Shown here in pieces: positions 39,974 to 50,322 of a stretch of 59,388 nucleotides of DNA. The translations under genes and the position numbers were made by a program. Origin of the DNA: Catajapyx aquilonaris (lineage: Eukaryota); NCBI GenBank assembly GCA_000934665.2, contig KZ538608.1, forward strand, positions 1-59,388, read 5' to 3'. Within the stretch, counting starts at the first letter, position 1. The number at the start of each line of letters is the position of its first letter. The notes below the pieces were generated by a model. It did no database searches and was not told the origin of the DNA. It saw nothing but the letters and a program-made list of their open reading frames with translations.

Positions 39974-40280
39974 CGTACAGAGACCTGAAGCTCAAATTAG
40001 CCTTCAACCGAGGGGATCCTATCTCATCCCTTCCTAGGCCTATAGCTAGGCCTGAAGCTCAAATTAGCCTCCAACAGAGCCTATCCTACCTCCTTTCTAC
40101 GTAGACCACATGGAGCTAGGCCTAGCTGGTCCACGTGGACCTAGGCCTAGCTCCGTGTGGCCTCGTTAGGGTAGATGTAGGATCGCCTCTGTTGGAGGCT
40201 TATTTGAGATAGGCCTATAGGTAGAGAAGAGGTAGGAGAGCCTCTGGGGAAGGCTAATTTGAGCTTCAGGTCTGCTACCG
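39974..40280. mobile_element. Foldback MITE (~307 bp), TA-flanked, probably Tc1/mariner-pogo class
   Basis: Perfect 25-bp inverted repeat AGACCTGAAGCTCAAATTAGCCTTC (39981-40005 and 40249-40273). A second internal inverted pair lies at ~40051-40079 and ~40187-40208, with a central palindrome at 40106-40160. TA occurs at 39972-73 and 40281-82. Confidence 0.85.
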
Positions 40281-42844
40281 TACTCCTTTCCACGACTGTA
40301 CGTCACGGAGTTTGTCGGATAATACGCTCCTGACACAGTCCAGCTGTTTTAGGCGATTAACAGAGGACCATGACCTACACCCATATCCGGCCCACAATTA
40401 ATCCGGCTGTTTTGAACACATGCGAATGATGACTCGCTAAAATTCTGCGAACATCTGCATGACCCTGACTCACCGCACTCACCCATATTCTAGGAATCCT
40501 CTCTCTCTCTCTATACCAGCCCAACCCTAATCCCTCTAGGGGGATGGTCCAGTGTCCGACTTGACCGTTCCGGACAGATGCAAACAATGTCCGGGTTGGA
40601 GAACCGGAGCCTGGCTGCTCTCTCCGGGCTTCCGATTGAATTATATCGCCAGTGGTAGGACGAAGGGGGAAGATCCGGACAAAGACCGGATTTTGAATCG
40701 GCTTTGCGATTCCTGAGACGAAATTAGCATCCAGGGGAATTGAATTGAGACCCCCGGAGGACCAAGGTAGCCTTGGTGACGGAAGTCCATTGTCCACTAG
40801 TCCCCTTTGTCCGGGGTCCAGAGGGGGATAGGGACAGGGAAGGGAGGGAGGGGGTATAGAGGGCCAATTTGGTGGGAGGGCTTCATGTTATCGGGGGCGG
40901 AGGTACACCCTCAAGTTATCAGCCAAAAGCAATTAGTTTCGGGGAGACGGGGGGGAGGGACGGTCCCGAGGTCCATTGTTGCCCAGGCGCCTCCGGTGGC
41001 CATCTATTCAGCCGGTGCAGGCACCAGAAATCACTGGTGTTGGGGGCTTGCTGACCAGATAAAATTGTGTCCACCAAGCTATATAGGGAAGGGAGCCAGA
41101 AATTGTGGTAAAACATTATTTAAACCAATGCGATCTGTTACCGAAGTGTCGCATTTTGGCACAGTATATTGCTGATTTCATAAATATTGTAACTGACTGC
41201 CCGAGTGTAAATTTTTTTAAAGTGAATAGAGTGAATGTTCTTAGGGCTGCATGCACCATTCATATCTGGAGGGGTTTGATCTATTCAATACTTACGCGCG
41301 GTTGGACCGATCCAGCATGATTAATTAGGATGCACTATTCAATCGAGGGTTTCAACTATCCAGTATTCATGCATGTGTGGTTGATCCAAAGCCGCGTGTA
41401 ATACATTTAGTAATTCCTTTCTGCTTTCCACCTATATACGCTCTCTCTCTCTCTCGTTTAATAATTCCAAAACGTACAGAGAGCTCACCCATGTCATCCT
41501 GCATAGGGTTCAAGCTATAACTTATGCAAGTATAGTAGTTGCAGTGTGCATAACTACTACTGAACGCCATTTGCTAATGGCTCGCCTTAGTGGTAATTAA
41601 TTGGCGCAAACGCTCTTTTAATTACCTAAGTGAATGAATTGCATTTTCTAGCCAGGCAACTATAGAGGAGCTTACTCGAATTGGATTGTAATTAAAATAG
41701 CAAATATTTATAGCAGTTATATACTTTCTAATAACAATATGTAGTTATTAATATTCAACCGCCAGCATTCGGTCAAGGTGAACCCATATTGTAATAGAGC
41801 TGCATATTAATTTTTCCCAGTTCCCAGTTCTTCTTACTGCTCCGTATTTTATTCGTTAATTAACAGCATGATCCGGTCTACCGCCCCGGGCGACCCCAAA
41901 TTATGCAGATTAATTGCGCATTACATTTTGGAAAGTTTTGGAGGCTTGAGCCACTGCGGGCCGACATTATGGTTAACTTATCGATTACACCGCACCCGGG
42001 TTTTTGCCTTGGGTACATATGCAACCATACTGGATGTTGCATACCCGGACAGAAAAAGTACGGTCAAATGAAGGGTCATCAAACCCCCCCCCCCCCACCG
42101 GAATATGCATATAAGGGGGGGGACCTGTGGGGGTTAGCTCTCTGCCTGGTGACCTCAGAGCCCGAGGGGGTCAGCTCAGGCAGGGGCTGGCAGAGGCCGC
42201 AGACAGAGTGGCTCCCCAGGGCACCGGATTTATCTCCCCGGTTCGCACTCCGGAAACTCCGGTCCTCTCTCGCCCGTAGAGCCATATAAGCCCCGGAGCT
42301 TGTGTCGGTTCTACCACTTCCAAATCATATAGCCATGTATTTTTACTCCAAAAAAAAGAAGAAGAGGGGGACCAAATTTGTAATTATTATTTGAAATATC
42401 GTCACACGTACCCGGAAAATGTGTGCGACCATTCCAAAGGGCGGGTTAGAATATGAAAGTTTACCTGAGATTTATGTGCTTTTGCTCGATTTGCCTTCTG
42501 ATTCGGAGCAGATCGAAGGAATTAGCTAGTTGGTAGAGAGCAGGGAGGGTGGAGGGGGGGGAGGGGTCTAAAAGTTATTATCACCCGAGGAAGCGGAGTT
42601 AAGACTAATGAAGGGTAACTTCGGCGTTGATGGTGCAGTTGGGTAACTTTGAGCCACCGGATATAGGGAGTGTCGTTTTAGTGCGTGGAGAGAACAGTGC
42701 TGTTGGAGAAGAGGCTGCTACTCTTGACTCTTGTTTCAAAAGGACGACAACCACACTACATGCTCAGGTGATGATGCACGTGTTTAAGCATCCTCTACTA
42801 TTCCTGCGAAAAATAATTGTAGAAATAAACAGGCCCACAAACCT

Positions 42845-43598
42845 CCGACTTACGTAGTCCCGACTTACGTAAAAATTCGAGTTACGTACCATTGTCGTAC
42901 GTAAAATATTTGAGTTGCATAGCCACTACTTGCGTAGGTTCGACTCAAGTAAAAAATTCGAGTTACAGTCCTTATAATTCGACTTACGTAGCCTTGTCGC
43001 ACGTAAAATATTCGAGTTACGTAGCCTCTACTTACGTATCCTCAAGTACAAGTTCGAGTTACGGTACGTAAGCCTCGACTTACCGGCACGTAAAATATCC
43101 GAGTTACGTAGCATCAAGTACAAGTTTGAGTTACGTAAAATTGGATTTACGTAGCCTTGGCTTGCGTAAATATTATAGCAAATTTCGACTTATGCAGCCT
43201 CGACTTACGTATCTTCGACTCAAGTAAAAATTAGAGTTGCGTATAATTTGACTTAACGTAAATATTTGAGTTGCGTAGCCTCGAGTGACGTAAAATCTTA
43301 ATTACGTAGCCTTGACTTACGTAAATATTCGACTTACGTAACCTCAAGTTACGTAAAATATTCGAGCTACGTAGCTTCTACTAACGTAGGCTCGACTTAC
43401 GTAGCTTCTACTTACGTAGGCTCGACTTACGTAACCCCGAGTTACCCCGAGTTAAAATCTTAATTACGTAGCCTTGACTTACGTAAATATTCGACTTACG
43501 TAACCTCGAGTTATGTAAAATATTCGAGTTACGTAGCTTCTACTTACGTAGGCTCGACTTAAGTAAAATATTCGAGTTACATAGCCTCCACTAACGTA
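42845..43598. repeat. CGACTTACGTA / CGAGTTACGTA satellite array 1 (degenerate)
   Basis: Dozens of (G/C)TTACGTA cores alternating as CGACTTACGTAAAATATTCGAGTTACGTAGC. Confidence 0.93.
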
Positions 43599-44649
43599 CG
43601 GTATAGTGTTTCGGAACTTCAGTTCAGCCTGAGGCTTTCTGCGACTGATGTATGTCAATTGCATACATCTGACTATGTCAACTGAGGAGACCCACCCCTG
43701 CACATGAGGTTAGTCGCATTCTGCTCTTCCTCCTGGGATTGAGCAGCTGGCGAAATGAAAGTCAAGTCGTCAAAGTTGCTGTGTGTGCGGCCCAAGAGGT
43801 TGGGCTCGGAATTCGAATGGCGTCGCGACGACAAAGGAGACATGAGAAAAGAGCATGGGGAGAGAAAGTGGGAGAGGGGGTGGGGGAAGGGGAAAAGGGA
43901 AAAACAGGCAAACCGAGGCATCAGCCCAGCCGACCTTTGACGTCGTCGTCGGAAAAGGGGGGGAGGGGAGTGAATAAATTCCTGCCCAGGTTTTCTCCCC
44001 CACCCCCCCCCCCCCCAAAAGAGAAATATTCAATAGGATTCCTTTGTTTCGAGCCAAAATATGGAAGAGACCCGGAGCCCGGAGATTCTATTAGTTTGTT
44101 CGCCACCCGCGCTCACCTTTTTTTTTATGCGATTGGCTGACGGGCTGACGTCCATTATTAGCCTGGCGTCCATTGTTCATTCGCACACAATATATTATTC
44201 TTTCTACCGCTCGATTTTTTAAACAGTTTCCTTGCCACCTCGCTGGAAATAAAACGGAGTCCGGCGGAATGTGACAGGAAGTGACGTCATGCACCGACTG
44301 AACTGCAAGTCGTTTCGTTTTTGCCGTTTTATTTTTAAAAAAGTATAAAAATCGAGGATTGTAGGCCAATATTGATCACGCCTCTGTCCAGCCACGTGAT
44401 TGATGGCCGCGAATTTGGTCTCACAGGTGATCAATTCTCCTGTCACGCCCTCCTTTTTTGGGTGGGCCGTGTGTGTGCGAGAGTCGAACGTGACCTGAGT
44501 ACATTGGACGTGTTTGTTTTCTACAGATATAGTTGGGTCTAGTTTCATAGCCTTGCAAAGTCCAGAGTTCTTACCCAGGGAAAATTCGGGCACTAAACAC
44601 CAGCTATAAGGCGGGGGGGGGGGGGGNGGGGGGGGGGGCAGCCCCTGAC

Positions 44650-44954
44650 TCACGTAGCGTCTGCTTACGTAAAAATATCCGAGTTACGTAGACTTCGACT
44701 TACGTAAAATATCCGAGTTACGTAGACTTCGACTTACGTAAAATATCCGAGTTACGTAGACTTCGACTTACGTAAAATATCCGAGTTACGTAGACTTCGA
44801 CTTACGTAATTATTCTAGTTACGTCAAAATGTCCGAGTTGCATAAGCTTCGACTTACGTAAAATTTGACTTAACATCAAATATTCTAGTTACGTCAAAAT
44901 GTCAGAGTTACGTAAACTTCGACTTACGTAGATGTGTCGCGACTTGCGTAAAAT
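44650..44954. repeat. CGACTTACGTA satellite array 2; four near-perfect 34-bp units plus degenerate copies
   Basis: The unit TACGTAAAATATCCGAGTTACGTAGACTTCGACT starts at 44666, 44701, 44735 and 44769. Same family as 42845-43598. The array ends ~20 nt before the acceptor of the first coding exon. Confidence 0.95.
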
Positions 44955-45014
44955 TTATTTCATTTTATTTCCAGGTATGATGTGGAGCTGAGAAGTGGAG
45001 GGGTGGCCAACCCA

Positions 45015-45526
45015 ATGGCGGTGAGGGTGTGGCTGGCGGTGCTGGCGTCGCTGGCTTGGTTGCTGGCGAGCCCCTGTGGTGGTACCGGTCCCTTCCGGTT
45101 CACCAGACCGGGATACAACGTGAGCATACCGGAGAACTCGCTCCGGAAGACGTACGCCGTGGCTGAAGAGGAGGAGCGGATGGGGATCGAGAGCCACGAC
45201 CTGACCATGGGTATCCGGTACCGAATCGTCGGAGGTGACAAGGACAAGTTCTTCAAGGCGGAGGCCAGGCAGGTGGGCAACTTCTGCTTCTTGTCCATTC
45301 GGACCCGGAGCGGCACAGTGGACGTGCTGAATCGGGAAAGAAAGGACAAGTATGTGCTGCAAGTGGAGGCCAACGCTAGAAGGGACGATGGGAAAGGTGC
45401 AGAAGAAGTGCTGGCAGCCGACGCAACAGTGGTGGTGAACGTGGTGGACACAAATGACCTCTCACCCCTTTTCTACCCAACCGACTACGAGGCTGTCATC
45501 GCTGAGGACACACCACCACACAGAAG
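45015..45526 (+). CDS. kug: Fat-like protocadherin (kugelei/Fat2, FAT1-3 lineage), first clear coding exon: signal peptide, cadherin repeat EC1 and start of EC2
   Basis: The exon opens after the acceptor tttatttccAG (44973-44974; exon start 44975). ATG 45015 begins a hydrophobic signal peptide MAVRVWLAVLASLAWLLASPCGG, followed by FTRPGYNVSIPEN...LNRERKDKY...VVDTNDLSPLF, which resembles Fat-like EC1. Donor AG|GTATAA at 45527 is phase 2 and joins the next exon in frame (DTPPHR-S-IMRVSADDAD). The symbol is an orthology inference. Confidence 0.92.
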
Positions 45527-47024
45527 GTATAAAGGGTCACTCTCTGTGAGCCAACTCCTTTAAAACGTGTGGGGGAAAAAGTGCTCAACTTTGCCCTGAA
45601 AAAAGAGCAGTTCCAGTTGGCCCCCTCCCTCGACGCCTTTTCTATTCGACAGCTCCAAGACGAATGTTGGGGGCTCGAAGGGGTTCCCTGACCATAATAC
45701 AAATTTGACTGTTACATCCACGATTTTTTTTCCCCTTCTCAAAATTGGTTGCTGGCTTTTTTGTAGCCTGAAGCTGGAGAGGCTTTTATTCCCACCCAGT
45801 TCTCCATTGTGAAAGGTCTGGATGTCTGCACCTCGCCAGGAAACTTGTGCAAACGTTGGCAGAGCGACGGACACTCTTCGTTTAGAAAAGAAAAAAAAAT
45901 CGTTTCCGAGTATTTATACAGGGTGAACCAACACAGCTTATAGAGCAGCTTATCCAGCAACGATGAAAGTTATGTGTCTTTGTAATGAGCTGACGACAAC
46001 AACTTTCTGGACAGTATCTTGCTTGCATGTGTTGGCCGTCCAAATAAGGATTGCCAGGTATTATACTGTTATGGCGTGCACAAATCCACAGCTTTTGAGT
46101 CTCCACCTCCCCAATATAGTGCTAGCTCCTTAGGTCTCCCCGGTCGCTATGGCTTCGTGATCCCTTTAAAGTCTTATTTTAGCCCACTCCTTTGTCCTTT
46201 TCCAGGCCTCTATTTTGGGCCAAGTGCCATTCTAGGAAACTTCTACCTTTCAAACTTCCTTGCCAGCCTTCACTTGGAACTCTCTCTCTCTCTCTCTCGC
46301 AATATGGGCATATTTTGAGACCGAGTAGGCTTTAGTTTCTGGCCAGATAACAGGAAGGAGGATGTTACTTAAGTAGAGCCAACAGCGCTTGGGGGTCTTA
46401 CAGTTGGTATAGTTTAATAAGACTTACCAGCAAAATGAATTACCCAGACCACCCAGAAATACCCGTCAATTTGGGTAAGATTGTGCCAAGTATGACGAGA
46501 TTGTGCCAGCCCATTTTTTTTGACAACACGCAGTACTCCCTACCGCGATTTTTAGTCGTAATTGCCAACCCTCAATGTAGTGAAACCTGATTAAAATCGC
46601 TAGTTTACGCCTGCTGCCAGTAGGGCGCACTGTTGTCCAAAAAATGCGCTGGCACAATCTCACCCCCATCTCACCACCAAGATTGTTCTTAACCCATATA
46701 TGCCTCAATTAGTCTAACCCACATCCTAAATTCAAACTTTAAAAAGAAGAAGGAATGTCCTAAATATTGCGACGGTAGGGGTAGGGTTTCAACAGATGAT
46801 TTCTTATGGACCGCACTGTGCCCACTATTTCCTAAGCCATCTGATTGGTGGGGCGTCTCTGCTCCACCAATCAGATCGCTTAGGATGTCTGGAGGGGCCA
46901 CCTGCTTTTTGATAAGTTATACTGTGTGTACTGCATTTTTCTTTAAAAATTCTTTAAATGAACAAACTATGTAGCGCAATTACTGAAACGTTAATAACTG
47001 ACCTTAATTCGGTTTTAATTGCAG

Positions 47025-49166
47025 CATAATGAGGGTGAGCGCGGATGACGCGGATGTCGGCGTGAACGGCGAGATATACTACAGCTTCCAGGAAGACACT
47101 GACCTGTTCGCTATTCACCCTATGACCGGCGTGGTGACCCTGACCCGTCCTCTGAGGTACACCGAAGGGGCGTTGCACCAGCTGACCGTCCTGGCACGCG
47201 ACAGAGGCACGCCCATGTGGACAGAAGGTGGTGTGAGCCGTGCCAGTGTGGCCAGACTGAAAGTTCGGGTACAGCAGGTCAACTTACACGCGCCTGAGAT
47301 CAAAGTGCGTCACTTGCCCCAGGTCATGGAGCAGTCTCGTACGGACGTGTATGCCATCGTACGTGTGGAAGACCCAGATCCTGGTGACCACGGTCGAGTC
47401 GCGCGTCTGGAGATAGTGGACGGCGACCCGGACGGTCACTTTAGGGTCAGACCGGGTGCTCAGGAGGACGAGTTTCAGGTGCAGGTGCTCGACCTTTTGG
47501 ACAGGGAAGTGGCACCGTTCGGGTACAACTTGACCCTCAGGGCGACAGACAGGGGTACTCCGTCCCGGGAGAGTTTGAGGACAGTGTCGGTTCGTGTGGC
47601 GGACCTGAACGACAACGCGCCTGTGTTCGACCGCGAGCTGTACGAGGTCGAGGTGTCAGAGTTCGCGCCGGTCAACACCCCGATAGCCAGGTTAAAAGTG
47701 AGTGACCCGGACGAGGGCAAGAACGCGGAGGTGTATTTAGATATTATAGCAGGGAATGAAGGTGGAGAGTTTCATATTAATCACGACAGCGGTGTGCTGT
47801 ACACTGCACGGAGTTTGGATGTGGAGAAGAAGGCGTTTTACACACTGACTGTATCTGCGTTGGACCAAGGAAACAGAGGGATGCGGAAACAATCGTCGGC
47901 GAAGGTGACCATATCGGTACTGGACGCGAACGACAACGATCCGGTGTTTGACAAACCGGATTTGCTCGTTTGGGTTAAGGAGAACGAACCAAGCGGTGCG
48001 GTGGTCACAAAGGTCACAGCGCACGATCGGGATCAAGGAGACAACGGGTACATCACGTACAGCATCGCCAATTTGAATCCGGTACCGTTTGAGATTGATC
48101 CGTTCAGTGGGGTTATCAAGACCACGCAGGTTTTGGATTACGAGTCGATGCGACGGGAGGTCACGTTGAGGGTACGGGCGTCCGATTGGGGTCAACCGTA
48201 CCGTCGGCAGTCGGAGCTGCAGTTGCGGATACGTGTACGGGACGTGAACGACAATCGACCGCAGTTTGAGAAAGCCGGTTGCGTCGGGTACGTCGACCGG
48301 AGCACACCGATCGGACGGGAGATACTGACGTTGTCGGCCCTGGATTTCGATGCTGGAAACATCATCAGCTACAGGGTGGTGTCTGGTAACGAGGATGGAT
48401 GTTTTAACGTGGATCTGACCACCGGTATTGTCACCGTCACCTGCGATCTGACTGACGTGAAGGTGTCTGAACGCGAGCTGAACGTGACAGCCACCGACGG
48501 ACAGCATTTCGCTGATGTCATGTCCGTTCGCATGCAGCTGGTCAGCAGTCGGAAAGGCGCACAACAGCAACACATGGTCGGAGAAGAAGCACTGTTCGAA
48601 TGTCGTGATACAGGTGTGGCCAGACGACTGACGGAGCTGTTGGCCGCTGCTGAGAAGAACAACCAGCAGCAAGGAGAAGAGGAATTCGCGATGATGCCTA
48701 GCCGGTACGGTGAGAACGTGCATGCTCCGGAATGGCTACCGGAAGTACCGGATGAGATTCACGTCAACGAATCCGCACCTGTCGGAAGCACGTTGCTGCG
48801 TCTACGCGCGCGAGATCGCGATCTAGGCTTCAATGGGAAGCTGGTGTTTGTGGTCAGCGATGGTGACCACGACTCGGTGTTCAGGATGGGACCGGAGAGC
48901 GGGGAACTGAAGCTGGCTGGACGGCTGGACCGGGAACGTACGGCGCAATACCTTCTGAACGTCACCGTGCTTGACCTGGGCCGACCCCAAAAGGCTGCGT
49001 CCAGAACGCTCACCGTCCGCGTCGATGACGTCAACGACAATGCGCCACAATTCGACAAATCCACGTTCAACTTTCGGATATCAGAAAACGCTGCCAACGG
49101 TACAGTTGTGGTCAGACTACGAGCTGTCGACGCCGATGCAGGCGCCAATGCACGTGTCAGATACAG
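47025..49166 (+). CDS. kug: Fat-like protocadherin coding exon 2 (EC2 to start of EC8)
   Basis: Acceptor ttttaattgcAG at 47023-47024. The 724-aa ORF carries repeated cadherin motifs (LDRE/LDYE, A.D.G.P, DLNDNAP, DANDNDP, DVNDNRP, DVNDNAP) and a Fat1/Fat-like type insert FECRDTGVARRL...AEKNN. Donor AG|GTTAGT at 49167 is phase 2. Confidence 0.96.
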
Positions 49167-49636
49167 GTTAGTATATATATACCACTCTGTGGAATTATTT
49201 TAAACGTGCGTTAATTGTACTGGGAGAGGTCCACTGTAATTTCCTCCCGAGTTTACCATTGGATTATTCAAATGCTCTTGAAAAATAGACAAGGTTTGGT
49301 CAAACTAAACATTGTAACGAGCATGTAGCCTATACACGATTACAGTTGCATGTGAAACTCATGCGGACGTGACAAAGTTAACACGTGCACATCGCTTCTC
49401 ATTGTACTGTATGACTCGTAGAATATTTAAACTGCCAATTTGCATAATTATATCAGAAAATAATACAGTGAAACCTCATGAATTGACCGCCCAAAGCAAA
49501 ATTTACCTTATCAGTTATGAAAATGACAAGTTAGGTCATGTTGGTGCCCATTCCACATTCGGTCTTCCGATATGAAAGTTTTTCCGTTTAGGGTACACGA
49601 TGATCAGTGATCATGTTAACAATGCTTTTTTTCCAG

Positions 49637-50322
49637 TCTGATGAGTAACACGGAAGAGTTCGGTGTGGACCCCAAGAAAGGCGTTGTGTTCGTCCGAGGT
49701 GGACTGGACCGCGAGCGACAATCGGAGTACGAGCTGAGGATAGTTGCAAGCGACGAAGCACCGGACTATCCGCTGTCGTCCGTCGCTGTTGTGCGGATCC
49801 GTGTGGATGACGAGAATGACAACGCGCCTGCTTTCTCAATGGGCGGATACAGCGTGAAAGTGCGTGAGGATTTGCCCGCGGGCAGCCCCGTGGCCACCCT
49901 GACAGCCCACGATCCGGACCTGGGTCAAGGCGGTGATGTCCGGTACCGTCTGGAAGGCACCGATACACGTGACACCCCGTTCAGAATGGATCCAATCTCC
50001 GGTACGGTTCGGGTGTCCGGTGAGCTTGACTTTGAGCGACGTCAGCTGTACAACCTGAGCGTCGTGGCAGAAGACATGGGCCGCCAACAGCTGAGCTCCA
50101 AGGCTTACCTGATGATCGAGGTGGTGGATGTTAACGAGAATTTGCATGCCCCGCACTTCCCTGACTACGTGATGGAAGCTGCGGTGTTGGAGAACCAGCC
50201 CGTCGGCACCCATGTGACGCAGGTCGACGCCACTGACGACGACCCTCCAGGGGACGACTCCAGGATATCCTACTCCATCCAAGGAGGAGACGGACTCGGA
50301 TACTTCTCCATCGACAGAGAAG
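49637..50322 (+). CDS. kug: Fat-like protocadherin coding exon 3 (EC8, EC9, first half of EC10); gene incomplete, continues 3' of window
   Basis: Acceptor ttttttccAG at 49635-49636 gives in-frame RVRY-S-LMSNTEEF. Motifs include LDRERQSEY, DENDNAP, LDFERRQLY and DVNENLHAP. Donor GAAG|GTACGG at 50323 is phase 1, after FSIDRE-G. No further cadherin exon is visible to 59388. Confidence 0.94.

Noticed and set aside
40537..40806. Possible TIR element rich in CCGGA motifs
   Set aside because: Terminal inverted match is weak and no TSD was found.
42845..44954. CRISPR-like array
   Set aside because: Units are contiguous tandem repeats with no unique spacers, no cas genes are present, and the context is a spliced eukaryotic gene.
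44982..45014. GTG start and the ORF-track stops at 45563, 49203 and 50375
   Set aside because: Artefacts of prokaryote-style ORF calling. Splice sites give a continuous cadherin frame and the tails are intronic.
47737..48723. 328-aa minus-strand ORF and other antisense ORFs over the cadherin exons (44960-45451, 48759-49148, 49836-50282)
   Set aside because: Shadow ORFs caused by GC-rich codon usage of the + strand cadherin, with no recognisable domains.
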